Assembly (NCBI GenBank): GCA_050506795.1
Contig: JBJHCF010000005.1
Location: 1 to 64,000 of the forward strand
Length of the DNA: 64,000 nt
Direction: 5' to 3'
From: Opitutia bacterium
GTDB lineage: Bacteria; Verrucomicrobiota; Verrucomicrobiia; Opitutales; T3Sed10-336
The notes under the pieces are model-generated. The model made no database searches, had not been told where the DNA came from, and saw nothing but the letters and a program-made list of their open reading frames with translations. Positions 9,664 through 19,476 of this stretch are shown here, piece by piece. A program made the position numbers and the translations under genes. Positions within the stretch are counted from its first letter, which is position 1. Every line of letters begins with the position of its first letter.

Positions 9664-11991
9664 TTAACGACTGGTTATTTCGCCTGTTTCCCGGCGGTTG
9701 TCCTCGATGATCTCGGAGGCGCCGAGCTTTTGCAGGTAGGCGATCAGGGCGATGATCTGTTTGTCCGGATCGGCGTCGGCGCCGGCGTCGCGCAGGCGTT
9801 CGGCGATTTCCCGCGCCTGGGCGCGGGCTTTTTCGGGAGCCTCCTGTACAAGGGATTCCGGGTAGGGGACCCCGAGTATTCGCATCACCCGGATACGGGC
9901 GGGCAGCGAGTCGTAATCGGTCTCCTTTTCGTAGAGCCAGGGATAGTTCGGCATGTTGGAACCGGCGGAGGTGGAACGGGCGTCCAGCATGTGCCGGTAG
10001 TGCCAGATATCCGGGTACTTGCCACCCTGCCGGTGCAGGTCGGGCCCGGTGCGTTTGGAGCCCCACTGGAACGGGTAATCGTAGATGAAGTCGCCCAGCT
10101 TCGAATAGTCTCCGTAACGCAGCACCTCCCCCTGAAAGGGACGAACGGTCTGGGAGTGGCAGTTGTAGCAGCCCTCGCTGACGTAGATGTCGCGTCCGAC
10201 CAGTTCCAGCGGGGTGTAGGGAATCTGCCGCACCCCTTCGATCGGTTCGGCGCGTTTCATGGTGATCATGGGAACGATCTGGACCACGCCGCCGACCAGA
10301 ATGGCAATGAGGGTGAGGATGGTGAAGGGGAGGCTGTTGGCCTGGAGGCGCTCGTACCAGCGTCCCCATTCCCGGCCACGGCTTTGGAAATGGAGGATGG
10401 CGCCCACGCAGAGCAGGACCAGCAGCACCATCGAAGTGAACATGAGGGTGTCGCCGCCAAAGAGCCAGCCGCAGCCCAGGAGGATCAGCAGGAAGGAGTA
10501 AATGACGACCGGATGCACCAGGGCGCGGCCCACGGTGAGGTCGTCGCCGGCGTTCGGCGTCGAACGGGCGGGAACCTCGATCACTCCATTGGCCGGTTGG
10601 CCGCTGCGGATCGTTTTATACAGATTGTAGGCCATCAGGAGGAACCCGACCAGGTACAAGGCGCCGCCGGCGATGCGCAGGTAGTACATGGGCATGATGG
10701 CGTCGAGGCTCTCCACGAAGGTCGGGTAGGCCAGGGAGGTGCCGCCGTCGGCGGTGGCGCTGAGCATGAGGCCCTGGGTGATGCCCGAGACCCACATGGC
10801 GGCGGTGTAAAAAAGGATGCCGACCAGGGCCAGCCAGAAGTGCCAGTTGGCCATCGCGATCGAGTGCAGGCGGGTGTCCCAGAGACGAGGCGCCAGCCAA
10901 TAAAACATGCCGGCGGTCATGAGCCCGTTCCAGCCCAGCGCGCCGCTGTGGACGTGTCCGATGGTCCAGTCGGTGTAGTGGGAAAGCGCGTTGACCGTTT
11001 TGATCGACAGCATCGGTCCCTCGAAGGTGGCCATACCGTAAAAGGTGACCCCCGCCACGAAGAACTTGAGCACCGGGTCGGTGCGGAGTTTGTGCCAGGC
11101 GCCGCGCAGCGTGAGGAGGCCGTTGAGCATGCCGCCCCAGGACGGAGCCCAGAGCATGAGGCTGAAGAGCATGCCCAGGGATTGCAGCCATTGGGGCAGT
11201 CCGGTGTTGAGGAGGTGATGGGGCCCCGCCCAGATATAGAGAAAAATGAGCGACCAGAAGTGCACGATGGACAACCGGTACGAATAAACCGGACGGTCGG
11301 CCGCCTTGGGGAGGTAGTAATACATGATCCCCAGGATCGGAGTGGTCAGGAAGAACGCTACCGCGTTGTGGCCGTACCACCACTGGATGAGGGCGTCCTG
11401 GACCCCGCCGAAAATCGGATAGGCGTGCAGTATACCGGTGGGGATCTGGAGGTTGTTGACGATGTAAAGGACCGGCACCGTGACGATGGTGGCGATGTAG
11501 AACCAGATGGCCACGTAGAGGGAGCGCTCGTTGCGCCGGGCCAGGGTCCAGAAGAAGTTGATCATGAAGACCACCCAGACGATCGCCACCAGCAGGCCGA
11601 TGGGCCAGATCAACTCGGCGTATTCCTTGCTGCGGGTGTAGCCGAAAGGCAGGGTGATCACGGCGCCGACGATGATGGCCTGCCAGCCCCAGAAGTGAAA
11701 CCAGGTCAGAAAGCCCGAGGCCAGTCGCGCCCGCACCAGGCGTTGGGTGGAGTGGTAAATGCCGGCAAACATCATGTTGCCGACGAAGGCGAAGACGACC
11801 GCATTTGTGTGCAGGGGGCGCAGCCTGCCATAGGTCAGCCAGGGGATATCGAAATTCAGACGCCAGAAAGCGAGCTGGGAGGCGATCAGCACGCCCACAG
11901 CCATGCCGATCAACCCCCACACCATGGTGGCGACCAGGAAATAGCGGACAACGGAATCGTCGTATTCAATGGTGACTTTGTCTGAACTCAT
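9664..11991 (-). CDS. ccoN: Fused cbb3 oxidase subunits I/II (CcoNO)
   Basis: GRLRPLHTN, WWYGHNAV, WAGPHH, GHVH (CcoN), then GCYNCHSQ, WGSKRTGPDL, SNMP (CcoO). Confidence 0.97.
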   Translation of the reverse strand: MSSDKVTIEYDDSVVRYFLVATMVWGLIGMAVGVLIASQLAFWRLNFDIPWLTYGRLRPLHTNAVVFAFVGNMMFAGIYHSTQRLVRARLASGFLTWFHFWGWQAIIVGAVITLPFGYTRSKEYAELIWPIGLLVAIVWVVFMINFFWTLARRNERSLYVAIWFYIATIVTVPVLYIVNNLQIPTGILHAYPIFGGVQDALIQWWYGHNAVAFFLTTPILGIMYYYLPKAADRPVYSYRLSIVHFWSLIFLYIWAGPHHLLNTGLPQWLQSLGMLFSLMLWAPSWGGMLNGLLTLRGAWHKLRTDPVLKFFVAGVTFYGMATFEGPMLSIKTVNALSHYTDWTIGHVHSGALGWNGLMTAGMFYWLAPRLWDTRLHSIAMANWHFWLALVGILFYTAAMWVSGITQGLMLSATADGGTSLAYPTFVESLDAIMPMYYLRIAGGALYLVGFLLMAYNLYKTIRSGQPANGVIEVPARSTPNAGDDLTVGRALVHPVVIYSFLLILLGCGWLFGGDTLMFTSMVLLVLLCVGAILHFQSRGREWGRWYERLQANSLPFTILTLIAILVGGVVQIVPMITMKRAEPIEGVRQIPYTPLELVGRDIYVSEGCYNCHSQTVRPFQGEVLRYGDYSKLGDFIYDYPFQWGSKRTGPDLHRQGGKYPDIWHYRHMLDARSTSAGSNMPNYPWLYEKETDYDSLPARIRVMRILGVPYPESLVQEAPEKARAQAREIAERLRDAGADADPDKQIIALIAYLQKLGASEIIEDNRRETGEITSR

Positions 11992-12072
11992 AAGGTGACA
12001 GAGGTGGCGGTCCCCGTCGCCGTGACGGGATTTTCGGCGGCCTGAAGTGACCGGTTAAAAGAATCCGGAGTG

Positions 12073-12249
12073 TCAGTCGGCATTCCGGTGGCGGGGGTTG
12101 TGGGGGCGTACGCTTTCCTCGCGCAGCGGCATGAGGGCTTCCCGTTCGCTGCCGCCGAAACGGCGCGTGGAGGCTTGGTAAAGAAAAAGGACGATAAAAA
12201 GGGTGGCGAAAACGAGGCCGATAAAAACCGTCAGCAGCAGTACGTTCAT
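12073..12249 (-). CDS. ccoS: cbb3 assembly protein CcoS-like
   Basis: MNVLLLTVFIGLVFATLFIVLFLY single TM helix; first gene of the cco operon. Confidence 0.65.
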   Translation of the reverse strand: MNVLLLTVFIGLVFATLFIVLFLYQASTRRFGGSEREALMPLREESVRPHNPRHRNAD

Positions 12250-12534
12250 ATGCGGTTGTTCTTCATGGACAAACAAGGACGCCCCATGGCGCCGGCGAGA
12301 AGGCGACGAGCTTAACAGGACGGAACCAAACCCGCTACGCATTCATTGGCAAAACCCGGGCGACAATTGCTTCTCGGCGCACGGGGGGTGTTCCGAGGTG
12401 AATGTTGCCATCGCCGATCTTCGGGGCGTTCTCCCGGGGATTCCAGGGGTCGGGGCGACCGGCCCTGGGATTGGGCGTACGCCGGTGATTTTTATGTAGA
12501 CTTTGGCTGTGGATCCGCTTGCTAATGGGAGCTC

Positions 12535-12951
12535 ATGGAAAAATCCCTTGTCATTCTAAAGCCGGATTGCATGCAGAATCGCCAGGCCGGCGTGGTGTTG
12601 GAGCGTTTCGAAAAGGCGGGGTTTGAGATCGTCGCCTGCAAGATGATGCGCCTGACGCCGGAAATTCTCCGCGTTCATTACGCGCATGTCGCCGATTTGC
12701 CGTTTTATCCCGAGATCGAGGCATTCATGAGTTCACGGCCGGTGATCGTATTGATTCTGGCGGGCGCCGGCGTGATCGACCGGGTGCGCGACCTGTTGGG
12801 GCCGACGGATTCTCAGGCCGCGGCTCCCGGGACCATTCGCGGTGACCTGGGGACGGACAAGATGCGCAATGTGGTACACGCTTCGGATGGACCGGAGACG
12901 GCGGCCGCCGAAATCGATCGGTTTTTCTCGTCGGCGGAGGTTTACGGTTAA
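12535..12951 (+). CDS. ndk: Nucleoside diphosphate kinase
   Basis: LVILKPD, APGTIRGD, NVVHASD. Confidence 0.97.
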   Translation: MEKSLVILKPDCMQNRQAGVVLERFEKAGFEIVACKMMRLTPEILRVHYAHVADLPFYPEIEAFMSSRPVIVLILAGAGVIDRVRDLLGPTDSQAAAPGTIRGDLGTDKMRNVVHASDGPETAAAEIDRFFSSAEVYG

Positions 12952-13118
12952 CCTGAAGGTCGGGAACCGGCGTTTTCCCCGCTTGCCCGTTTGCATTCCG
13001 GTCGCAGAATGAACGCCATGACTTCGAGAAATCCCCAGGAGGGCTGGATTGCCCTGAATTCCCGCTGGAATGGATGGGTGAATAATGCGCTCACTCCGGG
13101 CAAGGACGATCAGGCGTG

Positions 13119-14246
13119 ATGGTACTCCGTGAACACCCGTTGATGCGTTTGCTGCCCGCGGACGAAGGAACCGCCCTGGCGAAGAAGGCGCGGATCCTTG
13201 AATTTGAGGAGGGGGATCTTCCTTTTGATGAGGGTGATTTGGCGGAGTCGATTTACCTGGTGCTTTCCGGCCGGGTGGTCCTGGAGAAGCGCGGACATTC
13301 GCGCGAATACCTGACTTTGGCTGAAATAGTGGAAGGCGGTTACGTGGGGGAACTGGCGGTGCTTGATGGAAGCCTCCGCGCCGCGCGCGCCCGGGCGATT
13401 ACCGAAGTGTCCCTGGCGGAGGTCTCCGCGACGGACCTGTTTGCCGCGTTGGAACGTTCTCCGTCCCGGGCGATCATCGATTTCTTCGTGCCGGTGGTGC
13501 GGAATTTACGGGCCAGGAGCAATCGATTCATCGGCGAAATCCTGCGCAAGGAAAAGCTGGCGGTGGTGGGTGAAATGGCCGACTCCATCATGCACGACCT
13601 GCGCAGCCCGCTCACCACCATTCAACTGGCTTGTGATCTCCTGCGACGGGAGCTGAAGAACCCGGCCTCCGAACGGTATTGTGATATGGCGGATAAACAG
13701 ATTCGTGTGTTGCAGGACATGATGGAGGAGTTGCTGGAATTCTCCCGCGGCACGCCACGGCTCAAGAAAACCCGAATCTCGATCGACGAGCTGTTTTCAC
13801 GGTTCAAGGAAAACAACGAACTGATCCTGGCGCGCTCGGCGGTCGAACTTTCCATTGAGTCGGCGAAAGGAATGCTGGAGATCGATATCGAAAAGGTGCT
13901 GCGTGTTCTGCAGAACCTCTTTAACAATGCGATTGAAGCCACCGGACATCGCGGGGCGATTCGTCTCTGTGCGCGGACGGACGGCAAGGATCATGCGGTA
14001 TTGTCGATGAGCGATAACGGGCCCGGGATTCCCGAGGAGATTCGTGACCGGCTGTTCGAGCCGTTCATCACCCATGGCAAGGAACGCGGTACCGGCATGG
14101 GGCTGGCGATTGTGAAATCCCTGCTCGAGGCGCACAAGGGTACCGTGTCGGTGTCCGCGGAAACCGGCCGGGGAACAGAGTTTAAACTGGTATTGCCGCT
14201 GGCGGCGGGACGCCGTCCACGTGCGGTCAAGGCTCATGATACCTAA
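13119..14246 (+). CDS. Soluble cNMP-binding histidine kinase
   Basis: N-terminal cNMP domain (FDEGD, VGELAVLDG..RAA); H-box HDLRSPL; NLFNNA, DNGPG, GTGMGL. Confidence 0.9.
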   Translation: MVLREHPLMRLLPADEGTALAKKARILEFEEGDLPFDEGDLAESIYLVLSGRVVLEKRGHSREYLTLAEIVEGGYVGELAVLDGSLRAARARAITEVSLAEVSATDLFAALERSPSRAIIDFFVPVVRNLRARSNRFIGEILRKEKLAVVGEMADSIMHDLRSPLTTIQLACDLLRRELKNPASERYCDMADKQIRVLQDMMEELLEFSRGTPRLKKTRISIDELFSRFKENNELILARSAVELSIESAKGMLEIDIEKVLRVLQNLFNNAIEATGHRGAIRLCARTDGKDHAVLSMSDNGPGIPEEIRDRLFEPFITHGKERGTGMGLAIVKSLLEAHKGTVSVSAETGRGTEFKLVLPLAAGRRPRAVKAHDT

Positions 14247-15171
14247 CGGGAAAGGCGAGGGCGGGTCCGGCGCGGCGGACGGGCGGGTGGCCGTGGCGCA
14301 CTTTCATCGATTAAAAACGGCCAATGACTACGCCCTCGTGGTCCTGTCAATGAAACTGCCGTATTGGCTGGAGCAGGAAAACGGGCGTTACGTTTTGTAT
14401 GTGCCCGCGGAATACGAGGGTTCCGTGCGGGATCAACTGCAACGTTTTCAGCGCGAAAGCCGTTATTGGCCGCCCGTGGAGCACGTGGACCCGCTGCCAT
14501 CGGCCTCGGTGATGTCGCTCTGGACCTACGGCGCGGTGCTGGCCGGGTTTTTCTACCTGACCCACGGCCGTGGCGCCGCCGGGGAAGAATGGCATTGGGC
14601 GGGCCGGGTGGACGCGGAAAGGATTCTGGAATACGGGGAGTGGTATCGTTGCGCCACCGCCCTTACCCTACACGCCGATATCGGTCACCTGGCGGGAAAC
14701 CTGGCGGGCGGCGCCCTGTTCGGTTATTTTCTGGTGCGCGCGCTGGGCGGCGGATTGGGTTGGTTGCTGATTTGTCTGGCTGGTATCCTGGGCAACGCGG
14801 TCAACGTGCTGGCCCACTCCTCCGGCGGGCACCTTTCGGTGGGTGCTTCCACGGCGGTTTTCGGCGCCCTGGGAGCGGTGGTCGGGTATTCGGTTGTGCG
14901 GGAGTTTCGTCTACACGGCCTCAGAATGCCCCGGCGCCTCTGGATTCCGCTGGCCGCGGGGGCGGTCCTGCTCGGCTTTTTGGGCGCCGGGGGAGAACGC
15001 ACCGACGTGCTGGCCCACCTGTGGGGTTTCCTGGCTGGGTTGGCTTTGGCGGCCCCGCTGGCGTGGCCGCAACGTCCCTGGCGACCGTCGCCGTTGGCCC
15101 AGGGGGGGCTTGGGCTGCTGACCCTGGGTTTGATCGCCGGCGCCTGGGCAACGGCGTTGGCGGCGGGGTAG
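14236..15171 (+). CDS. Rhomboid family intramembrane serine protease
   Basis: EWYR, HADIGHLAGN, VGASTAVFG (Ser), AHLWGF (His). Confidence 0.9.
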   Translation: MIPNGKGEGGSGAADGRVAVAHFHRLKTANDYALVVLSMKLPYWLEQENGRYVLYVPAEYEGSVRDQLQRFQRESRYWPPVEHVDPLPSASVMSLWTYGAVLAGFFYLTHGRGAAGEEWHWAGRVDAERILEYGEWYRCATALTLHADIGHLAGNLAGGALFGYFLVRALGGGLGWLLICLAGILGNAVNVLAHSSGGHLSVGASTAVFGALGAVVGYSVVREFRLHGLRMPRRLWIPLAAGAVLLGFLGAGGERTDVLAHLWGFLAGLALAAPLAWPQRPWRPSPLAQGGLGLLTLGLIAGAWATALAAG

Positions 15172-15290
15172 GGGTGCCGGGCGACGGACGTGGGGCGAGG
15201 GACGTGGGCGCCCGGTGCCCGGGCGCGGCGAATCGCTTTCCCGTTGACCTTGCCGTGGTTTCCGGCACGTTTCGCGGGATCGACAAACCT

Positions 15291-16226
15291 ATGGAGCAAG
15301 CGAATGGAAACGCGAAACCCGCGCTGGTTGTGCTGGCGGCCGGAATGGGAAGCCGCTACGGCGGCCTCAAACAAATGGACCCGGTCGGACCGAACGGGGA
15401 AACGGTTCTGGACTATTCCGTTTACGACGCCCGGCGGGCTGGTTTTGGAAAGGTGGTCTTTGTGATCCGCCGCGATTTCGCCGCCGATTTCCGGGAGCGC
15501 ATCGTGCGTCCTCTGGAACCGGAAATCGAGGTGCGGTGCGCTTTTCAGGCTCTGGACGATCTTCCCGCCGGATTCCGTCCGCCGGCCGGACGGACAAAAC
15601 CTTGGGGCACGGCCCACGCCATTTGGAGCGCGCGCGAGGAAATCGCGGAGCCGTTCGCGGTGATCAATGCCGACGATTTCTACGGGGCGGACGCCTTTCG
15701 GGCTCTGGCTCGTTTCTTCCGGGAGACCGCCGCCGATTCCGAGCCGCCCGAGTGCGCCCTGGCCGCCTACCGTCTGAGGGACACCCTTTCATCTCACGGC
15801 TCGGTCGCGCGCGGAGTGCTGGTCACTTCCCCGGAAGGGCGGCTGACCGGAATCCGGGAAGTGACCGGCATTGAATCGGATCCGGAGGGAAGGCCGGTGG
15901 CGGTCGCGGACGAAGGTCGCGACGCGCTTGAACCCGATGCCCTGGTCTCCATGAACTGCTGGGGGTTCGATCCGCGTTTGATGGCCTATTTTGAAGAACG
16001 CCTGGAGCGTTTTCTGGCGGAGCACGGAAACAGCGAGTCGAAGGAATTTTATGTGGCCGACCCGGTGGAGAACGCCATCCGTGAGGGCAAGGCGATCTTT
16101 CGGGTCCTGTCCCATTCCGGCCGCTGGTTCGGAGTGACCTACCGGGAGGAAAAGCCGGACGTGGTGGCGGCCATCTCCGCCCTGGTCGCGCGCGGCGAGT
16201 ACCCCGAAAGCCTCCGGAGAGGTTGA
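15291..16226 (+). CDS. Sugar-phosphate nucleotidyltransferase family protein
   Basis: LAAGMGSRYGGLKQ, KPWGTAHA, VINADDFYG. Confidence 0.9.
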   Translation: MEQANGNAKPALVVLAAGMGSRYGGLKQMDPVGPNGETVLDYSVYDARRAGFGKVVFVIRRDFAADFRERIVRPLEPEIEVRCAFQALDDLPAGFRPPAGRTKPWGTAHAIWSAREEIAEPFAVINADDFYGADAFRALARFFRETAADSEPPECALAAYRLRDTLSSHGSVARGVLVTSPEGRLTGIREVTGIESDPEGRPVAVADEGRDALEPDALVSMNCWGFDPRLMAYFEERLERFLAEHGNSESKEFYVADPVENAIREGKAIFRVLSHSGRWFGVTYREEKPDVVAAISALVARGEYPESLRRG

Positions 16227-16227
16227 A

Positions 16228-16322
16228 AAAAGTGAGAAGTTAAAAGTAGGAAGGCATCCGGCCCGCGGACCGCCGCGGGAGGTAATTCCCTCGATTGTTC
16301 ATCACCTTTAACTTCTCCCTTG
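16228..16322. repeat. Inverted pair of heptamer tandem tracts
   Basis: AAAAGTG-AGAAGTT-AAAAGTA facing TCACCTT-TAACTTC-TCCCTTG. Confidence 0.55.
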
Positions 16323-16357
16323 CTCGGGAATTGGCTCCGGGTCATGGTTTGATTTTC

Positions 16358-17464
16358 ATGGGAAACGTATTCGGCAAGTTGTTTACGGTGACCACCTGGG
16401 GCGAAAGCCATGGGGGTGGGGTTGGTGTGGTGGTGGACGGCTGTCCGCCCGGACTGCCGATCACCGCGGAGGAAATTCAGGTCGAGCTGGACCGCCGCCG
16501 GCCCGGTCAGAGCAGGATTGTCACCCAGCGCAAGGAGACAGACGTCGTCACCCTGCTTTCGGGCGTGTACCAGGGACGCACCACCGGAACGCCGATTTCC
16601 ATGATGGCGCCCAACGTCGATCAGCGCCCGGAGGCCTACGACGAGATGCGCACCCGCTTCCGACCGTCCCACGCCGATTACACCTACCAGTTGAAATACG
16701 GCCTGCGGGATCCATCCGGCGGCGGGCGCTCTTCCGCCCGTGAGACCATCGGACGCGTGGCGGCGGGCGCGATCGCGCGCAAAATTCTGTCGCTGGCCGG
16801 GAATGTGACCATCGCGGCTTTTGTCACGCGGATCCACGACATAGAGATGCCGGAGCGACCGGGCGTGCCGCGACGCGAGGAAATCGATGCCAACCCGGTG
16901 CGCTGTCCCGATCCGGTCACGGCGAAAAGGATGGAGGACCTAATTCTTGAAGTCCGCAAGGCCGGTGATTCGGTTGGCGGGGTGATTGAGTGCCGGGTGG
17001 CCGGCCTTCCGGTCGGTCTGGGTGCGCCGGTTTTCGATCGACTGGAAGCCGATTTGGCCAAGGCCATGTTATCGCTGCCCGCGACCAAAGGATTCGAGGT
17101 GGGCAGCGGCTTCGCCGGCACCCGGCTAAGGGGCTCGGAACACAACGATCCGTTCGAGATCCGCGACGGTGCGATTCGCACCGCCAGCAATCACGCCGGC
17201 GGCGTCCTCGGGGGGATTTCCTCCGGCGAGGAGCTCCGTTTTCGGACGGCCTTTAAACCGACCGCGACTATTTTGCAGACCCAGCGAACCGTGACGGAGG
17301 CCGGGGAGGAAACCGAGTTGCGGGGAAAAGGCCGGCACGATCCCTGTGTGCTTCCCCGTGCGGTGCCTATTGTGGAGGCCATGACCGCCCTGGTATTGTT
17401 GGATCACTGGATGCGACACCAGGCTCATTGCCGAACCTTCGATTTTTCCGGGATACCGGCTTGA
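16358..17464 (+). CDS. aroC: Chorismate synthase
   Basis: [27 protein letters not shown]. Confidence 0.98.
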   Translation: MGNVFGKLFTVTTWGESHGGGVGVVVDGCPPGLPITAEEIQVELDRRRPGQSRIVTQRKETDVVTLLSGVYQGRTTGTPISMMAPNVDQRPEAYDEMRTRFRPSHADYTYQLKYGLRDPSGGGRSSARETIGRVAAGAIARKILSLAGNVTIAAFVTRIHDIEMPERPGVPRREEIDANPVRCPDPVTAKRMEDLILEVRKAGDSVGGVIECRVAGLPVGLGAPVFDRLEADLAKAMLSLPATKGFEVGSGFAGTRLRGSEHNDPFEIRDGAIRTASNHAGGVLGGISSGEELRFRTAFKPTATILQTQRTVTEAGEETELRGKGRHDPCVLPRAVPIVEAMTALVLLDHWMRHQAHCRTFDFSGIPA

Positions 17465-17498
17465 GCGAACCGCCGAAACGCGGTCATAATGGGTGTAA

Positions 17499-18233
17499 AT
17501 GAATCGCCCACTCATTTATGTTTTTCTGGGAGCGAGCGGCTCTGGACGTCGTGAGGTGCTCGCCGATCTGATTGCCGGCATGCCGGATTCCGCCCGCGTG
17601 GCCCTCTCCCTTCCGGATGCGGACCGCGATTCGGGTGAAGCCTTGCGTTCGGTGGCCGAACGCGTTCTGCGGTCCGATTGGCGTCTGTCGGAAGATGAAC
17701 TCGAGGTTGAGATTCCCGAGGGCGCGACCCATTTTTTTATGCTCACCAGCGGCGACAGAAATCCCGTCGACCAAATTGAAGCCGTATTTCATTGGGGGCA
17801 GGATCACGGGGCCGGTATCGACCGGATCGTGACCGTGGTGAACTGTCGGTTGCTGTCGGAAAATCCGGGCCTGGAGAAATGGTATGACGCCTGTATTCAC
17901 TTTTCCGATTACGTTTTGCTCAACCGCAGAGAAGGTGTCTCCGAAGGGTGGATCCGGGCTTTCCAGGAGCGTTATCGCAAGGCGTTTTTCCCGTGCATCT
18001 TCGAGATGGTCAAGAAAGGGCGGGTCAAGAATCCGGCCCTCGTGCTCGATCCGCTTCCGCGCCGCCTCTCGCACTTGTTCGACGAGCCTCTGGCGGCGGA
18101 TTTTGAATTTGATACCGAAGAGGAGAATGCTGATGACGACGACAACGAACCCGCTGTCGACCCTTACCTCGAGCGCCTGCCTTCCGGGCGGCGAGCTCGG
18201 GAAATTCCGGACATCGCCCGCTTTCTCTCTTAG
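17499..18233 (+). CDS. Conserved hypothetical protein, degenerate CobW/G3E P-loop-like
   Basis: VFLGASGSGRRE (Walker A-like, K>R), IDRIVTVVNC, SDYVLLNRR (NKxD position). Confidence 0.55.
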   Translation: MNRPLIYVFLGASGSGRREVLADLIAGMPDSARVALSLPDADRDSGEALRSVAERVLRSDWRLSEDELEVEIPEGATHFFMLTSGDRNPVDQIEAVFHWGQDHGAGIDRIVTVVNCRLLSENPGLEKWYDACIHFSDYVLLNRREGVSEGWIRAFQERYRKAFFPCIFEMVKKGRVKNPALVLDPLPRRLSHLFDEPLAADFEFDTEEENADDDDNEPAVDPYLERLPSGRRAREIPDIARFLS

Positions 18234-18281
18234 TGAATCCCGGCTGACGCCGGAAGGGATCTGAAATTTTTCTTTCTGGGC

Positions 18282-18311
18282 TTGCCTGCCACGGACGGAC
18301 TTCAATATAAG
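18282..18311 (+). promoter_or_regulatory. Putative sigma70 promoter of the tRNA gene
   Basis: TTGCCT-N18-TATAAG just upstream of the tRNA. Confidence 0.5.
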
Positions 18312-18328
18312 TCTCGTTTTCACCCAGA

Positions 18329-18410
18329 GCTCAGGTGGTGGAATTGGTAGACACGCATGATTCAGGTTCATGTGCCGCGAGGTGTGGGGGTTCGAGTCCC
18401 CCCCTGAGCA
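18329..18410 (+). tRNA. tRNA-Leu (anticodon CAG); CCA not encoded
   Basis: GCTCAGG/CCTGAGC acceptor stem, TGGTAGAC D-loop, CATGA-TTCAGGT-TCATG anticodon arm, long variable arm, GGGGG-TTCGAGT-CCCCC T arm; followed by CCG. Confidence 0.97.
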
Positions 18411-18417
18411 CCGCTTG

Positions 18418-18451
18418 AAAAGCCGCCGATCCGATAAACGGCGGCTTTTTT
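18418..18451 (+). terminator. Intrinsic terminator after the tRNA
   Basis: AAAAGCCGCCG-loop-CGGCGGCTTTTTT. Confidence 0.85.
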
Positions 18452-18593
18452 GCGTGGGATGATGGTTGACTCGACCGAAGTGATGTCCTTTATGGGAGTG
18501 GCTGGGCGAGGAAAATCCGGCATCGATTTTAAAACCCGCACCCGGGCGCATTTTGTCCGGAGTCGCACAATACCTGATCGAATCACACCTAAA

Positions 18594-19358
18594 ATGAAAA
18601 AGAAGATCGCAGCAGTCTTTTCAATTGCGACCGTCACAGCGGCGCTGGCCACTTCGGTTTCCGCCCAAAGCATGTATTATGAGGATGCTGTTCCCCGGGC
18701 TACAGCGGTGGTTGGCTGGGAGTCGGAATATGTGTTCCGCGGTGTGCAGGCGTCAAAACGGGTGATTCGTCCCGGGCTCGCGGTGGAGATGAACGATGCC
18801 TATGCCGGGGTTGAAGGGATTTTATCCACTGACAGCGGCTTGTCGCACCTGCATGAACTCGATTTTTACGCCGGGTTTCGGCACGATCTCGACGATTTGC
18901 TGCTGATGGATTTCGGCGGCGTGCTTTATTATTTTCCCCGTCTGGATCGCGAGATGCCGCGCGAGGATGATCTGACCGGGGAGCTGTACCTTGGGATTGG
19001 ATTGGGCGTGCCGTTGGAGCCCTGGCTGTACTTTTCCTATGATGTCGTGTTGGAGGATTTTACTATCGAGGGACGCCTCTCCCATGAGATCCCACTCTAT
19101 CCTCAATGGTCCCTTGAGCTGGAGGCGGCCGGTGGACACGCCTGGCTGCGGGAAGGGAAGCCCTGGATGGCGGGGTCCGTCAATTATTACTACGCTCAGG
19201 CCCGGGCGGATGTTCGGTATGCCATAAACGAAGCGGCTTCTGTCTCCGTGGGTGGCCGTTATTCGACCAACGATTTGAGCCGGAGTGATCGGCTTGCTTC
19301 GTTCGGGGCGAATCGGGCCAACCTTTGGTGGGGTGCGGCCTTCACCGCTGAATTCTGA
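18594..19358 (+). CDS. Outer-membrane beta-barrel, TorF/TIGR02001-like putative porin
   Basis: Signal peptide; ESEYVFRG and ELDFYAG motifs; amphipathic strands; C-terminal Phe. Confidence 0.75.
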   Translation: MKKKIAAVFSIATVTAALATSVSAQSMYYEDAVPRATAVVGWESEYVFRGVQASKRVIRPGLAVEMNDAYAGVEGILSTDSGLSHLHELDFYAGFRHDLDDLLLMDFGGVLYYFPRLDREMPREDDLTGELYLGIGLGVPLEPWLYFSYDVVLEDFTIEGRLSHEIPLYPQWSLELEAAGGHAWLREGKPWMAGSVNYYYAQARADVRYAINEAASVSVGGRYSTNDLSRSDRLASFGANRANLWWGAAFTAEF

Positions 19359-19372
19359 GGCGGGAGGAGGGC

Positions 19373-19396
19373 CGTAGCGCCGTTTTTACGACGGCG
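19373..19396 (+). repeat. Single GTAG-type REP hairpin of a second subfamily
   Basis: CGTAG-CGCCGT-TTTTACG-ACGGCG between convergent genes. Confidence 0.6.
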
Positions 19397-19476
19397 CTGA
19401 AACCCGCGCCGGTGATTGCGTTCGCGAGGCCGGCAGGTGGTGGCAGTGGCGTGGAGGGAAAGCCTCCGCGGGATGC

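Noticed and set aside
9643..11985. Long antisense or alternative-frame ORFs (e.g. 9643-11985+, 3511-5355-, 5505-7139+, 40927-42900+)
   Set aside because: Shadows of well-supported genes in high-GC DNA, with R/G/P-rich composition and no motifs.
12346..12361. Sigma54-like GG-N10-GC upstream of ndk
   Set aside because: Poor match to TGGCAC..TTGC, and no supporting elements.
14364..15290. N-terminal extension of the nucleotidyltransferase ORF (similarly 43248-44879, 46031-48790, 22616-24643)
   Set aside because: Mostly overlap neighbouring genes; family motifs begin at downstream starts.
18329..18410. tRNA-anchored integrated island
   Set aside because: No integrase and no duplicated tRNA 3' end seen in the window.
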